From Chara braunii (taxonomy: Eukaryota > Plantae > Charophyceae): a stretch of DNA of 64,000 nt. The stretch covers positions 2,780,017-2,844,016 of the forward strand of contig BFEA01000001.1 of the NCBI GenBank assembly GCA_003427395.1. The letters run 5' to 3'. Shown in pieces: positions 25,712 through 37,803 of the stretch (the first letter of the stretch is position 1; each line of letters starts with the position of its first letter). A program made the translations under genes and the position numbers. The notes below the pieces were generated by a model. That model did no database searches. It was not told the origin of the DNA and saw nothing but the letters and a program-made list of their open reading frames with translations.

Positions 25712-26821
25712 ATGGCGAGCGCGGGGGTCTTACGTGGCGCTTGTCCGGCGGCTATGGCTGCGGCGTGCGTGGCGCCGTCTAGCTCTGGTTCTCACCCGAC
25801 CGCATGTTCGACAGGAGGGGGGGTTGGCGTGCGGGGAGCAGCTAGAATATGCGACTTCGCGGGACTGCGTGCCAAAGGAGCTGCTGTGGACAGGGGATCG
25901 TTCATGGGGACTTGGTCGACGGAGCAATCGGCGAGGAGGAGGTTTGGGCACGTGCGTAAGGGCGAGAGTCGACAGCGAGAAGGGGTCGTGGCGAAGGTTC
26001 GGGAGATTTTCATGCCGGCGCTTAGCTCGACGATGACGGAGGGGAAAATTGTTTCATGGCTGAAAAGCGAAGGGGACAAGCTTGCGAAAGGAGAGAGTGT
26101 GGTTGTGGTCGAGTCCGATAAGGCTGACATGGACGTCGAGACGTTCTACGAGGGAATCTTGGCGGCGGTGGTCGTGGGCGAGGGGGAGGTTGCGCCGGTC
26201 GGTGCGGCCATTGGGGTATTGGCGGAGACGGAAGAGGAGCTGAGCGAGGCACGAGCGAGGGCGGCGAAACTTGGCGGGGTCGGGGGCGGGGGCGGCGAGT
26301 CCGCGGGCAACGGAGGGGCGCAAGTGGCGGCGGAACCGACGGCGCCAGCTCCGGAGCCCGTCCCTGTTCTCGCGTCTGTGGGCGCATCGCCCGCGACGGC
26401 GACGGTGGCGGCGCCCGCTCCGCCGCCCGCGCCTGTCGTGTCCACTCACCCCTCCGCCGTGGGGGGGAGGATCGTCGCGACTCCATACGCCAAGAAGCTT
26501 GCCAAGGAGTTTCAGGTTGATCTCCACACTGTGAGAGGATCAGGGCCGTTAGGTCGCATCGTTGCGGCGGACGTGGAGGCCGCGGCTGGAAGACCGCCCT
26601 CCGCGGCGGTGGCTGCGCCTCCTGCGTCTCCGTCGCCCTCCGCCGCTCCTTCCGCTCCTCGTGCTCCCGCCGCCGCCGCGCCAGCTGTCTTGGGCACCAC
26701 CGTCCCGTTCACCACAATGCAGGCGGCTGTCGCGCGCAATATGGTCGCCAGCTTGTCCGTCCCGACGTTCCGAATCGGCTACACCATCAACACGGATGCC
26801 TTGGACGCGCTCTACAAGCAG
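25712..26821 (+). CDS. LTA2: Plastid pyruvate dehydrogenase E2 (dihydrolipoamide acetyltransferase), exon 1: transit peptide, lipoyl domain, E1/E3-binding domain, start of catalytic domain
   Basis: ATG in CCATGG context. Ala/Ser/Arg-rich leader with FAGLR. Lipoyl domain EIFMPALSSTMTEGKIVSW...VESDKADMDVE. Binding domain ATPYAKKLAK...GSGPLGRI. PFTTMQAAVARNM. Donor CAG|GTGTGG, phase 0. Confidence 0.95.
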
Positions 26822-27706
26822 GTGTGGTTGCTACTTTCTCGGCCTTTTTTAGAGAGCTTTGTTTGTTTTCGGTGCTGGTCTATGAGGTATTTCCGCTCAC
26901 CGAGATTGGTTTGTACGTCTCCCCGATGTATGCATTCTACTATAGCTGTTGGGATCTCTAGTTCTATCGGTTAATCAATTCATCGTTTATTAATGTCGTT
27001 GTGTCCCGACATCTGCAATGTTATCCTTTTCTGACGTATCTGAGGGCATACGCACACTAGCACTTTCCAAAATGTATCTGACCGCAATTACGGCCATGCC
27101 TCCACGAATCTAACGGCAATCACGTCCAGGGCGTGGAGGGAAAAGTCTTCGTCTGAGTATGCCTCGAGTATGGGCGGTGCGCACGTCTCCTTTGTGCTCT
27201 CTCTTTCCGCGTGCCTGCTTTCAGTTGTGGCCTGGCGGTTGCGTTGTGCTGGGATTCGCTGCAACAATGCTCGGTCGGTATCGCAGTTGCCTCCCCGCTC
27301 CCGACCTGAGACGTTTGGTCGCAGGGTAGATTCCTGGTTTGCCTTTGTGTCATTGAGTGATGGTCTCTTTCTGTTTTGGGCTATTTGGGGAATGCTCTCT
27401 TTCTTTCTCTGTTTACGAAATCTCCTCGGAACCTGCTGTTGAGGAGATTCAAGGATAGCACGGATCTTCAGCTCCCTCACACCGTAAACTAGAAAGAATG
27501 ATTACAAGAGGGGGGGGGGGGGGCGTGGGTCCTTGTAATTTTCTGGGTGTTTGTGACATATACAAAGCGAGAAATTGTCAGTGTCGGTGGGTTGAACGGA
27601 GTCAATGCGAAGTGATGTGGAATATCTTCTTTTGGTGACCATAATAAGCAATTTGTCATCAGAGCTAGACAATCAATCCGCAGACCAGAGGGCGCTCTCA
27701 AGACTA

Positions 27707-27844
27707 CCATCTTCCCCCGAATAGAGCGTACCGCATTATGGTGTCTGTAGACGGCGTGTCGCCCGAAAACACGTGAAGTGTTTGGGGCAACAATCGGTCT
27801 ACTTACCGCAATAATGACCGTGCGTCCTAGTCGGGAGAAGACGG
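27707..27844. mobile_element. Short Tc1/mariner (pogo-like) MITE in intron 1
   Basis: TA|CCATCTTCCCCCGAATAG ... CTAGTCGGGAGAAGACGG|TA: imperfect TIRs with TA duplication. Confidence 0.55.
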
Positions 27845-27908
27845 TAGTGCTTGATAACGAGTTAAACGATCTCTTATTACATTCATTCTAATGACATGCG
27901 ATTATTGG

Positions 27909-28000
27909 GACATTCTACTATTATGACATTCTATTATTATGACATTCTATTATTATGACATTCTAGTATGATATTCTATTATTATGACATTCTATTATTA
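27909..28000. repeat. 16-bp minisatellite (GACATTCTATTATTAT)n
   Basis: About 6 tandem copies. Confidence 0.9.
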
Positions 28001-28620
28001 GATAGATATCTAATTATTAGTACGCTCAACGCTCAATCACCTACAGTACAGCGTGATAAGGCCTATCTCGTTCCCCGGTGGGTCGTTCTACCAGACCAAT
28101 AAAGCCTCTGGCCCCGCTCAGATTGACCCTGACGACCGTGGCGATTCGGTGGTCCAGAGGAGCGCTTAATGTAGTGAATGAAGTCGAAAAACCGAGTATT
28201 GGGAAGAAGACAGGCTCGGACATCCTGATGAGCGAGTGCACGTACGTATACATGAGAGGGTTCAGCCTATTGGGAAGAAGACAAGGTCGGGCATCCTGAT
28301 GATCGAGTGCACGTGCGTATAGATGAAAGGGTTCAGCCTCGTGATGAGCCGGTGAACTCCGACAAAAGCCTGTCACCGCCGCTGGTTTGTTGTCCTCTTC
28401 CCCCTCTCTGCCTACGGTTCACCGGGCAGACCTCTACTGCGATATACGATGGCCATGGCGGTGATTTCATGTGGGACCTGTCATCCGTTTTTTTTTAATC
28501 CTTTTGGCATCCTAGTTGGCTGTTTACTGTTGTTCGGCCTGTGTGTAAGGGGGCGTTGCTTTTCTGTGGGAATCGTCGTCCGGGATTGTCTTTTATACAT
28601 TTTTTTTTGCCGTTGGTGGA

Positions 28621-28656
<36 letters not shown>

Positions 28657-30544
28657 AGAAGAAAAAGAAGAAAGACGGAAGCGATACCAGTTCTTGCAAC
28701 AAATAACAATCGCAAAGGAGTTTTGGAGTTGACGCAGAGTCGCTTCTTGTTGTTTGTTATCTGGGATTGCTTGTTTGCAGGCAAGGGTGTTTTGATATCC
28801 TGGTTGGTCTTGTCCCGTCGTTTGGCCTGTGACGGAGGGGCCGATGCTTGCATGTGGGACTTGTCATATAGGATCTGTTTATGTTTGTTTCCCCCTGTTT
28901 CGTTATGTTTGGCTGTTCCCTCCTCTTTCTTTGCCTCTTTGCCTTTTGGCTGTGTGCAAGTGGTTCGATATGACACACGGGGGTGGGGCCGGCCGCCGCT
29001 CAACCTACATCCACGTGGGCGGCCTTGTACGCAAGAGGTTTTGAACAGGGGGAGTTGTAGTAAGTAAAAATATATCGTCACGCAGTGTATCAGAGCGCAA
29101 AGGCGGAAAAAACAAAACAGAAAAAGGAAAGAAGTGAGGTTAAAAAGCTCCGCTTGTTCATCACCTCTTACGTACAAGGCCGGCTACGTGGATGATGGTT
29201 GAGCACCGGCTACCCCCATCACCGTGGGTCACAAGGACCCACTTGCACGCAGCCAAAAGGCAAAGAGGTGAAGAAAAGGAGGAAACCAAACCTCACTTGT
29301 AGGACAGATAAACGCATGCTCTTTTGTGGTGACCGTTCTTCCTTCATTTTGGCCTGCAATCGACATGCCATTTGTCGGGGGTGTATGGTGGGCATGCTCA
29401 ATGCCAGCCGGCGTGGCAATTGTTGCACTGAGAATGTGCAGCTAGGTCTTATATGTGTCCATCCACCTCATCTAAGATGTATGTCCTCTCTGTCGTTAAG
29501 GACGGACGTCAAGGAAAGACTCATTCTTGAGCCTTTTCTTATCGTTTTTTATTTATCTTCACTCCACACTCCATACTTTCCGTTACTCACCTTCATCGTT
29601 CTTTTTTTGTCTGCTCTCCATCTCTCCTCCTGTGTATCCCCTCCCCCTTCACTCTGCCTCTATCTCACAGCGTACAAGTGGGCTGTTATGGCACACGGGG
29701 ATGGGGGCAGCTCGCGCTCAAATTCATCAACGTGGCGAGCCTTGTACGTGAGAGGCACGGTGAAAGGGGAATCAACAGAAGAATGAGAAAAATGAATGGT
29801 TTCAGTGCCCTTGGTGTTTGTCTTGTTTTTTATTTTTTTTAATTTTTGCCGTTTGTTTCCCGAAGTGCGCTCTTTTAGTTCATAGTTATCTGACAATATA
29901 GAGGTTCTGAACAGGGGGAGTTGTAAGGAAGAATATTAAAAAACGAATTCATTTTTTCATTTTTTCGCTTTTGCGCTCTGATATTCATGTGACTATATAT
30001 ATGTGACGATATATATATTGTCATATATGATATATATGTATATATATATCGTCACACTGTAAATCAGAGCGCGAAGGCGAAAAAAAGCAAAACAAGGAAA
30101 GGAAAAGACGGCCTGTTCATCACCTCTTACGATTAAGGCCAGCCACGTGGATGACAGGTTGAGCGCTGGCTGCCCCCATCCCCGTGTGTCACAAGGACCG
30201 ACTTGCACGCAACCAAAAGGCAAAGAGGTAAAGAAAAGGAGGGGGAAACCTCCTGACAGGGAAACAAAGCAAATGACACATCCCACAGATAATCCAATTG
30301 TCATATTTTCTTTTTTTCTCTTTTTTCCTTTTCTATCTTGTTTGGCGGCCTTGTACGTAAGATGTTCTGAACAGGGGGATTGTAAGGAAGAAGATAAAAA
30401 AACGAATTCATTTTTTTCCTTTTTCTTTTTTCTTTTTTTTTCGCTTTTGCGCTCTGATATTCATGTGACGATATATATATCGTCAAACAGAGCAGCCTAA
30501 CTGTATGCATAGAGGAAGAAGAGGACAACAAACAAGGGGCTGAG

Positions 30545-30604
30545 GCAAACTGTTTCGTCGGAGATTCACCGACTCATCAGGAGGCTGAACCCTCAACATT
30601 CTGC
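30545..30604 (-). ncRNA. Type III hammerhead ribozyme (antisense copy)
   Basis: Exact reverse complement of 31415-31474. Confidence 0.88.
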
Positions 30605-31414
30605 AGAATCGCCTTACTGATTACACTGTAATAATCCACCGTTACCCAAGTAGATATATGACAGTGGCAACTGGTTTATCTGTGGGATGTGTCATTGCAT
30701 TGTTTGACTGATAGGCCTTCCTCTTCCTTTGTCTTTTCTTTGATTGGATCTTTCTCTTTCTCTTGCCTCTGTGTGGTCTGGTTTCCTCCTCCGTGTCTTT
30801 ACCTCTTTGCCTTTTGGCTGCGTGCAAGTGGGTCCTTGTGACACACGGGGATGGGGGCAGCCAGCGCTCAACCTGTCATCCACGTGGCTGGCCTTGTACG
30901 TAAGAGGTGATGAACAGGCAGAGCTTTCTCTCTTTCCTTTCTCTGTTTTGTTTTTTTTCGCCTTTGCGCTCCGATACAGCTCTGCCTATTCATCACCTCC
31001 TACGTACAAGGCCGGCCACATGGATGTATATATCGTCACCACGTGTATCGGAGTGCGAAGGCGAAAAAAAACAAAACAGAGAAAGAGGGAAAGCTCTGCC
31101 TGTTACATTACCTCTTATGTACATTGCCGGCCACGTGGATGACAGGTTGAGCGCTGGCTGCCCCCATCCCCGTGTGTCACAAGGACCCACTTGCACGCAG
31201 CCAAAAGGCAAAGAGGTTAAGAAATGGAGGAGGAATCCAGACCACACAGAGGCAAGAGAAAGAGAAAGATCCAATCAAAGAAAAGACAAAGGAAGAGGAA
31301 GGCCTATCCGTCAAACAAAGCAAATGACACATCCCACAGATAAACCAATTGCCACTGTCATATATCTATATGGGTAACGGTGGATTATTACAGTGTAATC
31401 AATTAGGGGATTCT

Positions 31415-31474
31415 GCAGAATGTTGAGGGTTCAGCCTCCTGATGAGTCGGTGAATCTCCGACGAAACAGTTTGC
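31415..31474 (+). ncRNA. Type III hammerhead ribozyme (sense to host pre-mRNA)
   Basis: GCAGAAUGU-U^ GAGG-guucag-CCUC CUGAUGA GUCGG-ugaaucu-CCGAC GAAA CAGUUUGC. Complete core and stems I, II, III. Predicted cleavage after GUU at 31424. Confidence 0.88.
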
Positions 31475-31697
31475 CACAACTTGTTTGTTGTCTTCTCCTC
31501 TATGCCTACGGTTTACCAGGCTGCTCTGTTTGACGATATATATACATATTTCTTTGTTTCGTGGGTGTTTTGCTGGCTTGTGATGGGGTGTGAACCGACA
31601 GTCTGTAGAGTTTTCCATCTGGTGTGGGTGAGTGATAGTCTACTTTGATTTTGGCTAGGTGGATTATCACTTACAGTGTAATCAGTGAGGGGATTCT

Positions 31698-31760
31698 ACA
31701 GACTGTTGAGGGTTCAGCCTCCTGATGAGTCGGTGAAACTCCGATGATGAAACAGTTTGT
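31698..31760 (+). ncRNA. Hammerhead ribozyme copy with 3-nt insertion before GAAA
   Basis: ACAGACUGU-U GAGG..CCUC CUGAUGA GUCGG-ugaaacu-CCGAU gau GAAA CAGUUUGU. Stem III has 9 bp, but the core junction is disrupted. Confidence 0.7.
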
Positions 31761-32437
31761 CACAGCCCCTCGTTTGTTGTCCTCTTCTCCCTCCCTGCCT
31801 ACGGTTTACCGGGCAGTTCTATTTGACGATATATATACATCCATGTGGCCGGCCTTGTACGTAGGAGGTGATGAATAGGCAGAGCTTTTTCTTCTTTCCT
31901 TTTTGTGTTTTGTGATTTTTGTCTTTATTTGCCTTTGCACTCCGATACACGGTGTGACGATATATATATTGCCACAAGAATATCAGAGCGCAAAAGCGAA
32001 AAAAACAGAAAGAAAACGAGGAAAAAATGAGTTCCTTTTTTTATCATGTTCATTACAACTCCCCCTGTTCAGAACCTCTTGCCTACAAGGCCGCCCACGT
32101 GGATGTAGGTTGAGCGGCGGCTGTCCCCACCCCCGTGTGTCATATCGACGCACTTGCACACAGCCAAAAGGCAAGGAGGCAAAGACAAGAGGAAGGAAAC
32201 CGCCGAACACAACAACCACGTCGACGGGACAAGACCAACCAGGATATAAAAAAACCATGCCTGCAAAAAAAGGAATCAATCTATTGCGACTGCCGCCGTC
32301 TGTGCTGAAGGATGTCTAACAAAGCATAAAAGACAATCCCAGATGATGATTCCCACATAAAAGCACCTCCCCCAAATGCACAGGCCGAACAACGGGAAAC
32401 AACCAACCAGGATGCCAGAATAAAGAAGAGCCCGGAT

Positions 32438-32562
32438 GACTAGTCGCACATGAAAGCACCGCTACGCATCCCAAAATAGACTAGTCGCACATGAAAGCAC
32501 CGCTACGCATCCCAAAATAGACTAGTCGCACATGAAAGCACTGCTACGCATCCCAAAATAGA
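32438..32562. repeat. 41-bp tandem repeat x3
   Basis: GACTAGTCGCACATGAAAGCACCGCTACGCATCCCAAAATA at 32438, 32479 and 32520. Confidence 0.95.
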
Positions 32563-34980
32563 CCGAAGCAGCAAATTAAGATGGCCCGACGGCAGTGGAA
32601 TAAGGTATAAAGGAAAAGCTAGGAACATAACACACGAAAGCAGAATACACAAGAACATCAGGCAATTTCGTCAGGACTGGCCGGGTGGGGAACCGGGAGG
32701 GTGGGGGGGAGTGGATGGCCGAGGTGGTCGGGAAAGGGGGGTTGGAAGATGACCCGCCAAGCCTCAGGCGAGACTGCAAGCTGGCCTTCCACGAGTGGAC
32801 TAAGATTGGGGGGCATGTCCCCTTCCGGCCCCCCTCTGATTTCCCGGACCCTTTTGCCCCGAACACTGTTTTTGGTCGACTTGCATTGGTATGGGGTGGA
32901 GTGAAGAAGACATGCTTAAAGATGGTTTTCTCTGGCGCCTGAGCAGCAGGGCAGAAGAGGCAGGCCCCGTACCCCCCCCACTCAGTCAATCCCCCGGTCC
33001 ACCGGGGCAATCAATGCTGGCGGGCTCAACAGGTTAACAGTGCCATGGAGTTTTGAGACGTGAAGGCAAACATCGTGTTTATGGGACAATGGAACCGTTT
33101 TTCAGCAGTTGCTGCCCCGCACCAATAGATTGGGGCCATCCACAGAGCCCTACTACTGCAGGCTGCTCATCTCAACGGCAGTAGTTGGTCCTGGGGATGC
33201 TTAAAGGAAAAAAAAGAGAAGTTCCTTTTTTGTTTTTGTTTTCCCTTTTCCACCCCTCCTCAAGGGCCATGCAGATATTCTGTTCACTTTCACCGCCATC
33301 ATCATAACTTCTAAGTTCTGCTTTTCGTCAACACAGCTAATTAACTTGGCAGCAGAATTTAAGTCTGCTTCGCACGAAGCTGGCAAGCCTCACCTCGCAG
33401 AGTCATTTCTGTTCATCGGCCGACCATTGCCTACCAGCGTACATCATGCTCGCTTGTAGAAGTAGAGGACTCTGTAGCACAAGAAGAGAGGACCGCTTTT
33501 TTCCTGTACCAGCACGCAGAATCAAGCGTGCATTCTGTCCGTATTCTCTGCATTTCAACACGGCAGAGCAGGGTAGTGTTGTTGCGAACGTCGAGGAGAA
33601 CTCGTGTCCGTCTTTCCAGAAAAGAACTGACGGTCCTTATTGGTTTATCTGGACTGAAAGTTGTGCCAAATGCAAGCATAATAACCGTACGTTATATTCG
33701 GAGGGTGAAGAAGGTAGCAGGAGGAAATTCAAGTTCATGGTGCCTGTTGCTTGGCTCTCTGAAGTGTACAGTAGGAGGCTTCTAGCAATCACGCCGGATA
33801 CAGTTTGTGAAGTCATGTGTAGAAAAGGTTGCAAGGAATTTAGCTAGGCAAATAAGGGAGAGGTGTTGGACGTTTGTTTCACCGTAGCGGGGTACTTTTT
33901 TTTTTTTTTTCCCCCTTTCACGGAGTGGTTGGAGGGCAGCAACAAATCTGGACCTATTTTTACCTGTCACTTAAATCGGGTTATTCGTTTCCCAGCCACC
34001 TGTTTACCCAGTATGTGTGGCAGGGGTTTCTCATGGACCTCGCGGGACTCATATGAGGGCTGGGTTTTATTCCCTCTAAGGGGATACTCACTCCATGGCT
34101 TTCCTTGATGTATCTGACTGGGACTCACCATATGATCAGCAAGTGGCAACTTTGGTGCCCCAAATTCAAAGAAACAAAAAAAAATGCTGTAAACATTTTG
34201 TTGTCTAGAATTGAAATGCAGTCAACTTTTGGCTGAGGATTACTTCACAATTCCTTCTAAATTCGGAAATTGAAACAAGAAAACAAAAAGCAAAACCAAA
34301 CGTGCCCCGTGGAAGTCAACCCCCCTTTCAACTCCCTTTAACACCCATGTATTCCTTTTAAATTTGAATATAACGCCCGGGCGTTCTATTCGAAGGGGCG
34401 TTCTATTCGAAGGGGTATTTGGAAAAAAGTGTTATTTTTGGTTGAAGACGGTGGTGTATTATTATCTCAGAAAGGCAGCAGGCGTTCCTAGATACAGGCA
34501 GTCGTGCAGCTGTTGCAGCTTTTGATCACCAGAATGGAGGGCATGTGGAATGAAAGATCTTCTCTGGTTTAGGGTGTAAGGATTTGGGGTGAAGTGGTGT
34601 AAATAAATGCGTGTTCAGGAGCGTTTTGGAATTTGATTCAGGGTCTTTTGGGGAATTTTGTGGCCGAAGATGCGGGTGTTTTCTAGGTACTTTTGTGGGC
34701 CATGATTGGGGCGGGTTCGGGAGTTTTCTGGCCTTGTTTTCTTTTGGGATTTCTGTTGCCCGAGTTTCAGGTTATTTTCTTTTGGGAGTGTTAACAATGT
34801 GTGGTTTGAGTGGGTGGCAATAGCTGTTGTGCAAGCTGTGTATGGCAATAGCTTGCAGCCTGAGTTTCAGGTTATTTCCTTTGGAGCATGTGAACGACGT
34901 GTGTGGTTTGCATGGGTGGCAGTGTATGGCAATAGCTTGCAGAAGCTGATCCCATTTGTATTGCTTGGATATGGTTGCAG

Positions 34981-35172
34981 ATAAAGTCGAAGGGCGTCAC
35001 AATGACAGCTATGCTTGCTAAAGCGGTTGCTTTGGCACTTGCAAAGCATCCGGTTGTCAATGCGTGCTGTAAGGATGGGAAGTCGTGCACCTTCAACAGC
35101 GATGTCAATGTTTGTGTAGCGGTGGCCATCGACGGTGGTTTGTTGATCCCTGTCCTTGAGAAGGCCGACAAG
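34981..35172 (+). CDS. LTA2: Plastid PDH E2, exon 2
   Basis: TTGCAG| IKSKGVTMTAMLAKAVALALAKHPVVNACCKDGKSCTFNSDVNVCVAVAIDGGLLIPVLEKADK |GTAAGG; 192 nt. Confidence 0.95.
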
Positions 35173-36145
35173 GTAAGGTGATTGATTACCAAGCTCGTCC
35201 TTTAATGAGAAATGGTTTCCTAGGGGGTGGGGCGTGGTGGATGTGATAATATGTGATTGGCTTGTGGCTGCGATTTGCTGGAGTGCGGTATAGTGGTTTT
35301 GAGTGGCTTGGACGGGTTTGGAGTGGTTTGGAGGCCTGTGACTGTGAAGAGTTGTGGTTGAGAGGGTGGGCGGCAGATGGGGTGGACTGTGAAGAGTTGT
35401 GGCTGAGAGGGTGGGCGAGAGATGGAGAGGCCTTGTGTGGTGATGTGAACGGGAAGTGTGAGTGGTTGTTGTTGTGGAACGGTCATCTGAGATGGTCATG
35501 GTTGAGATGGTGGAGTGGCAGCCTTGTGGTGAGGTCAGTAAGAAGTGTGAGCAGTCGGTGGCAAAGAAGGGTCATCTGAGAGGGTAATGACCGGGATGGT
35601 GGAGTGGTGGGGGTTGTTGGCAGAACCGAGTGTCATGATTGAGAGGGTGGAGTGGTGGGGTGTGGGGGGAACTGAGTGTCATGGTTAGTATGGATTGAGA
35701 AGGGGGCGAGGTCTCGAGAATGATCATCGAAGACTCTGAGAGAAAGGGGAGCAGGGTGGGCGGGCAAGTTGGGAGGAATGGGGAGGGTAGGGTGGGGATT
35801 TCTGCTGAAGGATTGAGAGTGAACTATTAAGCACCGTGGTAATTTGAAGAGGTTATGTTAGATGGGGGAGAGTGAACTATTAAGCACCGTGGTAATTTGA
35901 AGAGGTTATGTTAGATGGGGGCAAGGTGCTCCAACGGTGGGTTGGTATGAGTTCATGGGGGGAGGAAGGAAGGAGCAAGATCAGGAGTAGGTGGCTTTGG
36001 GTGGTATGATGGTAGGGTATGACATGATGTGTGGATAGCAGTGGTCGACCTGACCTCGCCTTTGATCCTTTGTGACCTTGGCTAACAGTGAGCTTGGCTC
36101 ACCTTCGTGTGTGTGTGTGTGTGGTGTGGGTGGGTGGATTACCAG

Positions 36146-36230
36146 GTGGACGTCTACTCATTGTCTCGGAAGTGGAAAGAGCTCGTGGAAAAGGCAAGGG
36201 CGAAGGAGCTCTCCGGAAATTTCAGTGCAG
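36146..36230 (+). CDS. LTA2: Plastid PDH E2, exon 3
   Basis: ACCAG| VDVYSLSRKWKELVEKARAKELSGNFSA-G |GTGAGA; 85 nt, ends in phase 1. Confidence 0.92.
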
Positions 36231-37013
36231 GTGAGACGCGATGTGTCCGTGTGTATGCTCGATCAGATCAATCTGAGCTGAGGAGATGATGTTGCGTCTC
36301 TCAAGCAGTGGTCAGAATTATATGGAGCAATTTTTAGGCTCTTAAATTAGACAAGGGTACATGTTGCAGCTTCGCCCACAAAACACGAAAAGAAAAAGCA
36401 TAATGAAATGTCCCATCATCAGACGAAACTTGTTTGCAAGAAAACAGGAGGCCATACCACGGAACCGTTTTTTGTTTTACTCGTTTTGTGTTTGGGAAGC
36501 TGTTTACCTTTTCAGCATTTTTTTGTTTTCTGTTGTGTGCTACGACCCACAAAGCTTCAGTCCTTCATCTGTGTTCGTTTCCAAGAGATGCCTGTGCTAA
36601 AGATTCCGACTCGGAGTTTGCTTGCTGTGGCGAATATGTTTGCGATCAACCGATCTTGTATGTATGCCATGCGCTTACCTGTTGAGTTTTGACTCTGTCT
36701 GTGTGTGCAAGTAAGTGTATGTGTGTGTCAGTCTCAGCTTGGTGCATGTGTCGTGCAATAATGCTCTTGACGATTGGCCTGGGAAAGCTGTCAGAGGCCG
36801 TCTTCACTAATAAGAGTGTCACTGATATTAAGCGGGTGTTGTAATGTATGATTAACATAATCAGCATACAATCTGCTTGGCAGTTGCTGTTCGTTGGTGG
36901 AGTTCTTAAGTAGCGTGTCATGTGAGCCATAATGCCGGGCGCAGTGGGCGTGCATCTTGGAGCATTTCCTGGTTTGCAAAAGCCGAAGACAAAACCGAGC
37001 GGCAGCCTGATAG

Positions 37014-37015
<2 letters not shown>

Positions 37016-37087
<72 letters not shown>

Positions 37088-37730
37088 TTGCTTGAACTCT
37101 TCACTCCCTCTGTACCCCACCTCCTTCCTCCTTCCCTCCACCCTCTCTCCACCAGGCTTCTCCCTTTGGCCTTTCCCCCCTCTCCCTGCCATACTTCTCC
37201 CTTCGGCCTTCCCCTTCCTCTCGGCCTCCTCCCTACCTCTTCCTCCACATGCTCTTCCTCCCCCATTCCCTTCTCCGCTCTCCCCTCCTCTCCACTTGCC
37301 TGACCTCTTCACTCACTCCGCACTCCACCCAACCAACCTCTGCCCTCGCTCATCCTTCTCTTTGCTCTCCCTCCACTCTACTTCTCCCTGCCGTCTGTCT
37401 CCTTCCTGACCTCCTGCCGACCTTCTTGACCTCCTCTCAACCTCCTCTCGACCATATCCCTCCCCTTCCTTCCTTCGCCCAATCTCCGGCTGACCTCCTT
37501 CCCCCGATCTCCTCCCTCCCCTTCCTCCTGATCTCCACCTCCGCCTGACCTTCCTCCCCTGATCTCCTGCCCTCCTTTCCTTCCTCGGCCCGATCTCCGC
37601 CTGACCTCCTCGATCCATTCCGCCCTCCCACCCAACTGCAGTTCGTTTTTTTCATTTCTGTCAGGTGGACCTAAATGCTGCATTTCTTATCTCTCTCTCT
37701 CTCTCTCACACACAGTTCGTTAGGTTGGGT

Positions 37731-37803
<73 letters not shown>

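Larger units (their letters stand above)
28197..32465. mobile_element. Nested inverted/tandem repeat complex carrying hammerhead ribozymes (non-coding; Penelope-pLTR- or retrozyme-like)
   Basis: Outer inverted arms ~28455-29110 / ~31970-32465 and inner arms ~30480-30970 / ~31050-31540. A ~120-bp module (CCACGTGGATGACAGGTTGAGCG...AAAAGGCAAAGAGG) occurs 7 times in both orientations. Confidence 0.75.

Noticed and set aside
25625-26974. 449-aa single-exon ORF as the complete gene
   Set aside because: It starts at a TTG 29 codons upstream of the likely ATG (25712) and reads 50 codons into intron 1. E2 similarity stops at the 26821 donor and resumes at 34981.
28225-28325. Additional hammerheads at CTGATGA 28226 and 28297
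   Set aside because: No correctly placed GAAA or stem III; they are parts of a ~71-bp tandem duplication.
28593-32319. Recurrent ORFs with SLPFGCVQVGPCDTRGWG / GCPHPRVSQGPTCTQPKG
   Set aside because: They are the same non-coding repeat module read on either strand; the frames are not maintained beyond the module.
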